A DNA stretch of 64,000 bases, taken from assembly GCA_044892525.1 (NCBI GenBank), contig CM097885.1, forward strand, positions 173,538,001 through 173,602,000, in the 5' to 3' direction. This DNA is from Schmidtea polychroa (lineage: Eukaryota). The position numbers were made by a program, and so were the translations under genes. Position 1 is the first letter of the stretch, and each line of letters opens with the position of its first letter. This document shows positions 12,901 through 26,000 of this stretch, piece after piece. The notes beneath the pieces were generated by a model. That model searched no databases. It was not told the origin of the DNA and saw only the letters and a program-made list of their open reading frames with translations.

Positions 12901-15900
12901 CTTTTTTTCGTTTTCTACCTATTAAAACATTAGTTATCAAAAAGAGGAAACCTACTCAAAGACAGAATAACTATCGTCTTCGCCTGGTCTATGAATGGGG
13001 AGAAGAGGCCACTATTAATTATTGCAAAATTAAATTAACGACGATGTTTTCGCAATTACGACATAAACAAGTTGTCATATGTCTAGAGACTATTAGTAAA
13101 GTAATAAGGCTTTGATAATCAATCAAATATATAACGAATTCCTCTTGGGTTTCATTACTCGAATGAACCGAACCAAACTCAAGGTGTTATTGTTGACAAT
13201 CCTAAAGTGTATACTGTAGATAATCTGCAAAAGCAAATTTGGAAAACGTAGAGACTACATATATAGCACCAAATGTTTTACAATTTTAGACGCAATCTTA
13301 GGAAAAAGTGAACTAATCAACCCTTCAAGTATGTTTCCAAAATTGTGAATTTATTTTCTCAGATACAGTTTCAAGCAACTTAAAAGATCCTCCTGAGACA
13401 GAGAAGCAGGAGTTAGTTCCCAAACTCGGGGAAAGAAAATAAGCTATCTTTGAAGAAGAGCTTTAGTGCTTTGAAACGGTTAATGAAGATAATGTCGTGG
13501 AATATCTTGTAAGGAAACATATGTATTCAATTAATGATTGTGAAATAGATCCAGGTGAAGAACCATTGTAGGATGCAATAAAATTTAAGTCTTCCAACAT
13601 TTATTTATTAATTACAATTTTTAATTTTCTCGTTTTTCTGACAATTGAAAAAACTGAGGCGTGGTATTTATTAATATTGATGTAACTATTATTATTAGTA
13701 TTATTTAAAACTTTTCCTACAATAATTTTTTTAAAAAGTAAATGCGAAACATTAACAATTAACCATTGCTAATGAGTATTTTCTATGAATGGAAATTTTG
13801 TGCTTTAGCTGTGATCCCTTTAGGGAACGTTGATTTAATTGTTTTATAACATTTACTTGCATAAGATAGAATACAATTAATATTGGTGAAAGTGACATAA
13901 CTTTTTGGATTCAAATTAATGAAAACATAAAATAATATTAGATCTTCACGAAGCTTATAAAGTTAAAAATTGTTTAAATCAGGTACTGAAACCCGGAAAA
14001 AATTGGGTTCAGGTTCGGTCCAGGGTGCAAGTTCGGGTTCAAAATTTTGAAAAAAAGCCCTATCTTTTATTTATTTTTCAAAAATTTTTCATTTAATTTA
14101 ACAGTTAAAATATTTTTTAAGTTCTCTTCTGTTAGATTTGCTCGTTGTGGTGATAGCATATATTTTAAAGCTGAAAAAGTGCTCTTTACGCTTACTTGCG
14201 TAACAGGCACTGCAAATATTATTTGGGCCACCTGATATAGTAAAGGCGTTGTATTTTATGTTGCTCCCAAAATTCTAAAATACTTTTTTCTTTTGCCAGC
14301 CTTGGATAATTTTCGTATATTTCTATCTAATTTTTAACTGAACTATCAATGAAAGATGTGGAATTTATATTTTCCGAATTAATTTGAAAACACTTTTCTT
14401 TCTTTAAAACTTGTTCAAGAATATCCTCTTCTTAATATAGAATTTAACAAACAAAAAAACACGTTTAATGATTAATAATGATTATTATTAAACTTTAATC
14501 ATAAAAGCTCAAAATTCCAAATAATAATAAAAACAAAATCGTTATGAAGCATTAATGAACACGAGAAACTTTACTATTTGTATTTTGTATCGTAGTAAGC
14601 TACTTTAAGAAAATAAGCTAGGCAACATTAACGAATACGAAAACTTTACTACTTTTTTGTCCTCTATTTTTCTAAAAAAATTCACAGAGTAAATTTTTAA
14701 AATTTTTTAAATTTATGAACCCGAACCTGCATGAGTTTCTGGGTTCAACAGGGTTCGGTTTCAGTCCCTGGTTTAAAAAAGAAATGTTTGAAACCACATT
14801 CGTTTGAAACTTACCTTTCATTGATCTAAATAAGTTCTAATAATTTATTTTTAAATAATCAATACTAATTTAAATAAGAATTCAAATAAAATTAGTAAAA
14901 ATTACAAACCTTTTAGGACCTTGAATACTAAGTAAAACCATTTCTTCAGACACGTCTATTAATTTACAATTAAATTGTTTTTCCTCAACTATGTTATTGA
15001 TAAAACTTGAAACATACTGATAAACAGCCCCACCAATCGCTAAGTAATACGTAGTTCCCTGTAAGCTAATAAATAAAAAAATTGTTTCTTAGCATTAAAA
15101 TAGTCAATAAATACTCGGGATTATGAACTCCTTTATTTGGTAGTGAAATGTCGATTTCAGTGAAAGTGAGGTCGGCTTCAGTCCCACCAAACTCATTACA
15201 TATGCATGTATATATAATAGATCCGATTGGTTTGTTAGAATTAGCTGTAAAAATCCAATCGACAGCTTTTTTGGTATCAGGCCCAGTAAGATAGAATTTA
15301 CCGAAATATGACATGTTAAATATAGCTGCATGTTCTCGGGTGCTCAAGCACTCTTTGCGTATCTAACATTTAGAAAAAGTAAATAATAAATAAAATATTT
15401 TTGGAATAAAAATATAGCTGAAACTATGTATGACTGTATGTTTCTATAATATACACCTTTAGTAGACAGATTGGTCCCCGCTGGCTAAACCCCGCTTTCT
15501 GAGGAAAACTTTATTAAGCTAAAAAAGTTTGCTTAATATTTTTAATAAAAGTTTTATGTGGGTCACGGATTTTTTTTAGTTTTTCACGAAATTTTTATGC
15601 TTTTCATAGAATTTTTATGTTTTCACGTCAAATTAATTAAATTTTAAATAAGTCAGGTTGACTTTAAAACACAGTCCCCGCTGGAACAATATATACTATA
15701 TAGTTTTATTAGATATACGTTATACGCACACGCGCACACACACATAAAAACATAGTCCTCACTGGCACAATATAAACTTTATAAACCATTAATAAAAAAT
15801 AAGTAGGTCATAAAGATTTAATAAATAATATAACGCATATTCATAAAAACATTCCCGCTGGCACAATATATACTATATAGTTTTATTAGATATAGTATTT

Positions 15901-17009
15901 AATAAGAATCTTGACTATGAATCAGCAAATATATCAAAAACATCGATATATTAACTGATTCATAGTCTAGCTTCTTAATAAATACAATGTCAATGGAAAA
16001 GAAATCAGTGGCGAAATTTGAAAAAAAGTTCTTATTATTAGTAGATATAAGTTATACACACATGCTACACAGTTTAAAGAAATACACCAACACTATCGAA
16101 ATTATTCATGTTAAGTCAATAAATAACATCTTTTATTTAAATATTGTCGATTTTATATTGATTATTTGAGTGTTCCTGACAGTATTTCGACGATAATTGG
16201 TTCATTTCGAAGGGTTCTCTCAGAGTATCTGAATTCTTATTGTGATGATCCAAGGTATTGCAAGGGTATCGCAATGGTCATTTTGAAGGGTTTTACGGAC
16301 GGTCAAAACTTATATAATCATGCGCGCATGTATATTCCTAATGAACAAATTGTATTTTTCTTACCAATTCGCGCTTTTTGATAATGCTATTTTTGAATTT
16401 TTAAACGTGAAAAACTGGTGATTTTGGGTTCCTATTCTAAACTGATGTCCAGAAAATAATCGCATTATTGTTATAGCAATCTAGATATGATTAATTGTTA
16501 ATCCCTGTTCCTGGTAATTTTACCCTTTTAGCTCTCGTTATCAATTTACTTACTAAAACACTATAACACTTTTGGCTTAACCCTTTCCAGCCCAGTGATT
16601 CCAAATGGAATCATTAGTTAAAAACTCAGTTTTTTTCTCTTTACTACCAAAACGGTTGGCAGTAACTAGTGAGAACTATAGTAAGATATGTTTTTAACAG
16701 TTGGCACAATTTTTATTTTAAAAAATGAAGTAAAATATTTTTATGATAAAATAAGTAGTTTTGGTACCTACTTACTGCATATATATTTTTTTTTGTTTTG
16801 AAAAAATTTGGGCTGGAAAGGGTTAAGAAAACCCATTCCCTTGCTCTCATCTTTCAAATTTCCGATGACAGAGCCAAGGTTCATCGAATATAATGGGTGA
16901 GAAGGATCGTAATTTGAGGTATATAATAGGTTATCGGTAAAAATCGCCAGTAGTAATACATCTAATTTAAATTTTTTTATTTCTAAGAAGAAACTGTCAG
17001 TGTCTCCGG

Positions 17010-17059
<50 letters not shown>

Positions 17060-20000
17060 CAATTAAATTGTCGTCTGTATTTCTGAAATTCATTATATTA
17101 GACTTGGTACATCCGCAATTTAGACAGATCTAACACTGATTCTTCAATGTAGCTAGATCTGCCTTTATTCAGATGAGAAACAATCAAATCACCATCAATT
17201 CTGATATATAATGTTCCAGCGGAGACTATGTATTTTAAAGTAGAGTTTTATATAAATGTAATTTATTGTCTTGACATGAATAATTTCTATAGTGTGCTAG
17301 CAAGACTAATGTTTGAAGGTGTGTGTGTGTGTGTAATTAATATATAGTGTTGGTGTATTTCTTTAAACTGTGTAGCATGTGTGTATAACTTATATCTTTT
17401 TTACGAGTGTGTGTGTGTATGATATACTTATTTATTAAATCGATATGGCCTACTTATTTATTTATTAAAACTATATAGTATATATTGTGCCAGTGTGGAC
17501 TATGTTATTATGAGTATGTGTCTGTGACATACTTATTTTATATTCTGTGCCAGCGGGAACTATGTTTTATAGTCGATTTGAACTACTTAAAATTTGATTA
17601 ATTTAACGTGAAAAACTTAAAAATTCTGTAAATTATTTAATATATTTAATAATTTTCCACAAAGGTAACATCCGTAAATAATGCCTTTCTGAAAGTCTGT
17701 AAGCTATCCGAGTAGCCATATTCTAAGTAAATGACAATCCTTCATTAACACGACTCGTTTTTGTGTGCCTGGTATGAGTAGTAATATTCTGTGTGAGTCT
17801 GTGTGCGTGTGGACATGTGCGCATGCAGCATGTTGAAGGTTTTGGTGACCATTGTTCCCATTGCGGTTCATATTTGCACTGCAGACGTTCATTATAAACT
17901 GCAATATGTAAATAACTGCCTAACTGGAGACTGTGTAGCATGTGTGTATAACTTATATCTTTTTTACGAGTGTGTGTGTGTGTATGATATACTTATTTAT
18001 TAAATCGATATGGCCTACTTATTTATTTATTAAAACTATATAGTATATATTGTGCCAGTGTGGACTATGTTTTTATGAGTATGTGTCTGTGACATACTTA
18101 TTTTATATTCTGTGCCAGTGGGAACTGTTTTATAGTCGATTTGAACTACTTAAAATTTGATTAATTTAACGTGAAAAACTTAAAAATTCTGTAAATTATT
18201 TAATATATTGTCAGAAGTAAATATAAAATATTTGAACATAGCATAATGATATAAAATTTTAAAATAGATTATAACTAAAACTCGAATGAAAGAAAATGGA
18301 CAGATAATATAAAAAAATGGACATGCCTAAAATTCTAAAAAATCAAAACGTACCACATCATGACTTTTAGGGAAATTAAAAGTGTAGTCCCCTGCCAGCA
18401 CATCTCTATATTCGTAATTTTTGTGTTGTTCCTTTTCATAGCTTCCGTAGAAATCATACGGCAGTAACTAAGTAAATATAATTAAACATTTAAATATCAC
18501 GAAAACAAAAAATACCTCTGGTTTAGTATTACAATACCAACCCGGTCTTTCAAAACCTTGTCGCTCTTGATACATACAGCCTTGCTGTAAAAGTTCCTAT
18601 ATATTAACGAAATTTAATGGATTTCGTTCATTTTTTTTAAAACACTCAAAACATGGCAACGACTTTAGATATAAAGCCATACCAGAAATAGAAAATTAAT
18701 GAAATAAAAACCCACGTTTAATCAATACTGTGCAAATTTGATTAATTATATTAATTATTAACATTTATTAAATGAAAATATGCGTAAGGACAATATTTAT
18801 ATTTATTTATTAGTCATATTTCATTCATAGATTTATACCCGGCCTACCAAAAGTCTCCAGTCAGGCTGTTATTTACATATTGCAGTTTATAATGTACAGC
18901 AATAAGAACAAATGTCACAAACACACACGAATACTGAATGTCTGTAGTGCTGAGAGGTTAGTACTTCGTTATATTAACTTTCATCTGGATAACAAGGCGC
19001 ACTTTTGCCAGGAAATCAGTGGATATGTGTGACCATTCCTCATGCAGATGCACTTCCAGTTTGGAGGCGTTTCGGGCAATGTAAATCCTTTTGCGAACTC
19101 GTCTACCAAGGACGTCCCACAGTAACTCAATAGGATTCAGATCAGGGCTTTGTGGAACCCAATCCAAAACGTTGATGCTGTGCTGAAGAAAGAATTTCTT
19201 CATAATGTGCGAAGTATGGATTGGTGGATTATTTTGTTGGAAAATGATTTCTGGGAGAAAGGGAACAAGCTCATTTTCCAGAATGGCACGGTATTCCACT
19301 TACATCATGTGATTGCTGTACTTAACTAGGGGGCCAGTTCCACGAGCTGAGAAAAGACTCCAAAACATGATGAAATCGTTCTCTACACGACGCCAGCAGA
19401 ATTGCTGTCCATCAGATTTGAAAATAGTAAAACGTGATTCATCACTCCAAATGACTGAGCGCCATTGTTCTGCTGTTCAACTCCTTCTCTCCCGGCACCA
19501 CTTCAAGCGACAACGACGAATTGTTTTTGTAATCAAAGGCTTCCTTGTGCAGTATCTGCTATAGAAACAATGAAAATGCAATGAGTGTCGAATGATGAAC
19601 ATGCTGGGATGCACAGGGCCAGTGTTAAATGTGGACACTAACTTGGACAGGGGAAACCAACGATGAGCCACCACAAGTCGTTTCAGCTGCCGTTGTGTAC
19701 GGATGCTCAAAAGTTTAGAGCGGCCTGAACGTTGCTTGTTGACATGTGTCTGCTCCTGGGGTACTTCCTCAGGAAGTAGTTAATAGTTCCTTTGGGATGG
19801 TCAGTCAATGCAGCAGTTTCACACTGACTTTTTCCACAAAGGTAACATCCGTAAATAATGCCTTTCTGAAAGTCTGTAAGCTATCCGAGTAGCCATATTC
19901 TAAGTAAATGACAATCCTTCATTAACACGACTCATTTTTGTGTGCCTGGTATGAGTAGTAATATTCTGTGTGAGTCTGTGTGCGTGTGGACATGTGCGTG

Positions 20001-23000
20001 TGGACATGTGCGCATGCAGCATGTTGAAGGTTTTGGTGATCATTGTTCCCATTGCGGTTCATATTTGCACTGCAGACGTTCATTATAAACTGCAATATGT
20101 AAATAACTGCCTAACTGGAGACTTTTGGTAAGCCTGTGTTATCAATATATGATTGTAGTGTGATGAATTAACGATTTCCTTAAATATTTATGTTTGAATA
20201 ATATAGTTTTCTGCATGATTTGCAAATGATTTCTAATTCTAACAGTATGAATGACTTGGTTTATTGAATTCCCTGTTTATATATTGCTCTACATTAAAAG
20301 TGTTTCGCTATATATTTTGTTAAATAAGAGAATATTTTGAATTAATAAAAATTAGCATCAAAATTTCTATTTTGGATGTGTAGGAGTGAAGTTATTAAAA
20401 ATCATTCGCATATTTAATTATTATGAGGCACTCACAAATATGACAAGAATTTCTTAATGCCTTATTATTTTAGTATAATTAAGATCAGAATTGAATAATT
20501 TGTATATATAGTGAGTAGCACCCTGCCAACACCTACATTAATTAATCACTTAAATTCCCCGACATTCCACTAATTACTATCACTTATAATCTCCCAACAA
20601 ATATTTCTTTTAAAATTATTTTTTTAAAGTGATAATTTTAAATAAATGCAATTAATACTCATCCATTCTTATCCACCTTCATCTTATCTATGCCACTTCT
20701 CAGTATTTACCTCCCATAATCCATTAATGAATAATTCTATCACTAATTTTCATCCATTTGAATTTCATTATTAATTTATCATAGAATAATGAATAATTCT
20801 TACCATAATAAAGATTCTTACCATCTTCATTGTTAGTTTTTTATCTATGTTATTATAACTATCTTTCGATTTTACGATGCTTTCCATTTTAGAATAAGAT
20901 TTTTTTATCCAAATTTGTGATAATTTGACTGATTCAATGATAGATTTGATAGAGTTAATTCCTTTTATTATATATACTGAGTTTATCTGACAAGATGTTT
21001 TGTCCCCTTATGGGTACTGGTCATAAGGGTATTGGTCCTAAGGGTACTGGTCGTAAAGGTACTGGTCGTAAAGGTACTGGTGTGTTCTAATGATTTTATT
21101 TGGGCAAATTTGGGTGTTAAAGGCATTCATTGGTAGTTTTTAAAGAGTTGATGTTAGCGGGATTTAGTAAATATCTATCATTTTCGTGAATTTTATGTTG
21201 ATTTTATTGTTAATTCTAAGATAAATTTAATTAATTTCTTGATAATTGTCTGTATTTTTATTGACTTATTTTTTAATTTAATTTTAAATAAAAATTAATT
21301 TTAATGGCAGTTAGGTTATTAATCAAGTGATAGGTTAAATTTTGATGATGATATTGAATTTCAATTTCAATTTCATGTTGAATTTCATGAATTTCATGTT
21401 GACTGAAAGAATATTTTAAAATTTAAGGTCTTAATGGTGATTAATTTAAATGATAAATTTAATTAATTTCTTGATAATTAGATGTATTTTACTGGCTTGT
21501 TTTTAATTTTAAATAAAAATTAATTTTAATGACAGTTAGGTTAATAATCAAGTGATAGGATTAATTTTTGATGATGACTTTGTAATGACATTGAATTTGA
21601 CTAAATAATTTTTTCAATAATTTTCTAAGAATATTTCAATTTACACATTGATGAACTTAAATATTAAAAAACATAAGCTAAAAAACCAGTTAACTTTATC
21701 AAATTTACTTGAAAATTATTGTGGAATATACTGAAATCTGTGATTTAGTTTGCTATTATTGCTTGAAAATGATTGGCTGAATTGCTGAAGAATTATGATC
21801 AATCAATATATATCATCTCTAGTTAGGTATTTGATGGATAAAATATTTGTAGAAAATATTGAATTTTGATCTTTTAGTGGGCTCTTACTACATAGTTACC
21901 AAATCATTTTAATGAAAGAATATTTGGTGTCTGTAACAATTAAATAAAATTCAAATTTTTGAAGTTCTCTAAGGATTTTAAGAGGATTGACTGAATTAAG
22001 AGGGATATAACTTCAAGTGTGTAGAATTAAGGGATATAGTCGGTTAGATATTGATGTTTAAAGGGGTAGAAATATTTGGTAAAAGATCGGTTAAGATGGG
22101 AATATATTATTTTAAAGGCGGATATAGTCGGTTGGATTTAATGAGGAATGGGATAAGGTCGGAATATATGATTTTTTGGGGATATAGTCGGTTAGATTTA
22201 ATGGGGGATCGGTTAATATGGGAATCTTTTGAATATTTAAATGGGTAATGTTGATAAAATATCATGTTTTAAGGGAAATTGCAATACATTAGTCAATTTT
22301 GAATCAATAATAATGTGAAATTATATCGTTTTGTTAAGTTGTGATGAATTCATTGTAAATTAATTTAGATATCTGGTTTAAAACAATGTTTTATTAATTT
22401 TCTATTAATTATCCAGAGTTTAATTAAGTAGTGTTAATGACAATAAAATCTTTACAGATAATTGGGATTGATATCAACTTTAAATTATTTTTATCTTTAT
22501 GTAAATGTTATAGGTAAACAAAAGTTGAGAAATATTGACTTAAAAAAGTTGTACATCGACTAAAGATGTCGACTAAATTATAACTGATTTTATCAATAGA
22601 TTTTATAAATTGTTTAGAGTTAATGATTTTAGAAGATCTTAGTGAAATGTGTGATTATAGGAATTAAAGATATAGTTATAGTCATTTAAAGGGATTTTAA
22701 GGAATCTTATTAGTCTGACGGAAATATATAACCTTTTAAGGATATTTATCGAAAAAATACTAATCTTTAAAGACAGAGATATTTCAGGGAAATTTGATGG
22801 TTTTAGATGACTTTATTAGAGAATTCGCGCCAAATTAATAATAGATGATTTTAGTGAAATATTTGTAATAAGAGTAGATATATAGTCATTTAGAGATTTT
22901 AAGGAATATTATCAGTCTGGGGAGAATATATGATCTTTCACAAGTACTTATCATTAAAAAACCAATCTTTAAATATTGATATATTTAGGGATCATTTTAT

Positions 23001-26000
23001 TTGAGAATTCGCTTGGATATAACAAATATTGTCATTTAAATGGATTTACTAGTTTATTAGATGTTATCATTAGTGGGTTTATATCAGTCTCTTTTGAAAT
23101 ATAATGATAATTATTTTTAGTGTAGATTGCCGACTTTGATAATTGTAATGAATTTATACTGAATTTTTTGAATATTTTGAGCAGTCAATCAATTTGAGTA
23201 TACATGTATTACAATTTTGAAAAAATTATTAAAATTATTTTTATTTCAATTAATTTATTCAATTAAATCAATTATCAACTAGATCTTATTTCAAAATTCT
23301 TATTAATTTATTATCTTAGAATCTAAGACTTAGATGATTCATATTTACTTGAATGAATAGTATTTTTTTATTTACTGGGTGATTAATGATTAGAATTTAA
23401 AGTTATTTCTTGTCCACTAATTACATTTTTATGATATTTATTTATTATGTTTTGAATAATTTAAATTTATACAATTATTTAATCAATTTTACCAAGTTAT
23501 TTTTCATCCAATTTTTTCAAATAAAGAGGATTTTCTTTTAAAGATCAATTTGTTAGTACATAATTGTTGGTATTTGTTAATAAGTATTTGGTCGTTAGTA
23601 CTTGGTATCTGGTTGATAGAGTTTAGTTATAGATGTTGACAAGAAGATAGTGTATGTGATGAAAAATATTTTGTATTTAATTGCTATTATTTCTAGTTGT
23701 AAGTACTTGGTTGATAGTGCTTGGTATCTTGTTGTAAGTACTTGGTATCTCGTTGGTTGCTTGTTGTTGTTAGCTAGTGAAGATATATTTTTAGTATCTA
23801 GTAGCTGGTTGTTGGCAGGTTATAAGTAATTGGTACTTGGTATCTTGTTGTGAGTACTAGGTATCTAGTTGTTAGCTGGTTGTAGGTTGATATTTGTTAA
23901 TTTCTCGATGGGTTTTGATGTGGTTTTTAGAATCTAGTTAATTGGTAGGTGGGGGAATGAGTGTGACCAATACCCTTAAGATCAATACCCTTAATATCAA
24001 TTCCCTTACGACCAATACCCATATGACCAGTACCCATAGAGGGTCAAAACATTCTGACGGATAAACTCTGAGTATATATAATAAAATGAATTATAATTAA
24101 CTATTTATTGAATTTTTTTTTACTTTGCAATAATAAGTCAGTAGTAATCAATTAAAAGAAGAATTTTTTGTGAATAAGAATTAGAATTCTAGTCTTTCAT
24201 TGTAATTTAAATTATTTTCAATTCAACGTAGTGTTTTAAAGTGGTTGACAATTATTTATTTTTGATGAAAATCATCATTTTTGTTAAATTTAGACATTTA
24301 GAAAGTTTTTCTACTGATTGTAATTAAAAATATTTTTGAAGACAAATAAAAAAATTAATTTAAAAATCATTTGATAAAATACAATGAAGAATACTTAGTT
24401 GGTTTTTAGTACATGATATCTAGTTGTAAGTACTTGGTACTTATTTATTAGTACCTAGTTAAAAATATTTAGTAGTCGGTAGTTGGTAGCAGATTGTAAA
24501 TAGTGCCTAAATAGTACCATGTTGTTAGGTATCTAGTGACTTAAAAAATATTTCATAAAAATTTCATATTTAAAATTGACTTAAAAAAATATTTCATTAA
24601 AAAATATTTTAGAAAATTATTCCATTAAAATTTCCAATAAAAAATTTCATTTCTCAAAAAAGTTAATGATTATTCGATCTTTTGATAATAAATTTAAAAA
24701 TCTTACTTTAATTTACTTATTACATTACTTATTTAACTTTAATTTAAAATTGTAGACCATTGATTACTTAATTTAAAAAATTGGACCTTAATTTACTTAA
24801 ATTTAACCCTTTATTTACTTAATTTAACCTTTGTTTACCAAATATTACTTTAATTTACTTATTTATCCTTAATTTACCTATTTATCCTTGTATTACGTAA
24901 TTTAACATTTTACAACATAATTTATTTAACAACCGAATATAACCCTTATTTACATATTTAACCAATAATTTCATGTAGTGATTGATTAATTGACAAAGAT
25001 TTACATCTAATATTGACTCTGAAAATTATTTCATAAAAATTTCCAGCTAAAATCGACTTGGACAATTATTTCATAAAAATTTCGATTAAAAATTATCTTA
25101 AAAACTTATTTGATTAAAATTTCCATTAAAAATTATCTTAAAGAATTATTTCATTTAAATTTTCATTAAAAAATTTCATTTCTCAAAAAAGTTGGTGGTT
25201 ATTCAATCTTTTGATAATAAATTTAAAAATCTTACTTTAATTTACTTATTACATTACTTTAATTTAATTATTTTAAAAATTACTACGTTAACTTTAATTT
25301 AAAATTCTAGACCATTGATTACTTAATTTAAAAATTTAGACCATAATTTACTTATTTGAACCCATTGATTACTTCAATTTAAAATTTAGACCTTAATTTA
25401 CTTTAATTTAAAATTTTAGACCATTGAATACTTAATTCAAAAATCTGAACCCATATTTTACTGTAATTTAATTTTTAGACCCATAATTTAGATATTTACC
25501 ATGCTTATTTAGTGAAGACCACCCTTTTTGTATTAAAATTCTCAGGACCAAGGAGCTCATCTTACTTTACTTAGAAAATTCTATGATTTTTATCGATGAT
25601 TGAATTTTATATTGAAAATCCCAGGACCATTGAGACCCCTCACTATAGTCAGAGAAATCTTGGCCTTTTTTGTATTGAAAATTTTATTTTGTATTGAAAA
25701 TCCCAGAAAAAATATGAGTGGCTCCCTGCCGCAATTACATAATCAAAAAAGCAAAAAAAACGAGTTGCCGCAAACCCCCACAAGAGGAGGTGCTGCGGCA
25801 GGGAGCTACTAACTACCTACTATAGTGTATAAGACAATGCTTCATGTCAAGCCATCAATAGGATAATAAAAAATGTTTTCATAAAATGTATATTTTACAA
25901 AGAACATAATTTTTTATGATAGCTAACAATTTTCTAGTATCGATTAAACAAAAACCAGAATATTTGTGCCATTGTAATTAATACTTAAAATCAAGACATT

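Larger units (their letters stand above)
15461..18208. mobile_element. Degenerate Polinton-like element: AGTAG terminus, inverted arms, polB remnant core
   Basis: Starts AGTAGACAGATTGG, similar in architecture to the 39115 terminus. About 15580-16095 is inverted relative to 17340-17650 and its duplicate 17933-18208. Core carries a polB remnant. Outer right end missing, so no TSD can be checked. Confidence 0.6.

Noticed and set aside
14815-14825. 11-nt micro-exon with AG/GT borders in the SARDH intron
   Set aside because: Exons 11 and 12 join directly to give the conserved GPKSRQILQ; including it would shift the frame.
16950-16975. KLDVLLLA looked like an ExoIII motif fused to the C-terminus by deletion
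   Set aside because: The upstream sequence reads [10 protein letters not shown] and is colinear with the main polB, so the resemblance is coincidental.
25770-25821. Helitron 3' end (GC hairpin plus CT terminus)
   Set aside because: The end is CTACT rather than CTRR, and the element has a 6-bp TSD and matching inverted termini, which Helitrons do not produce.
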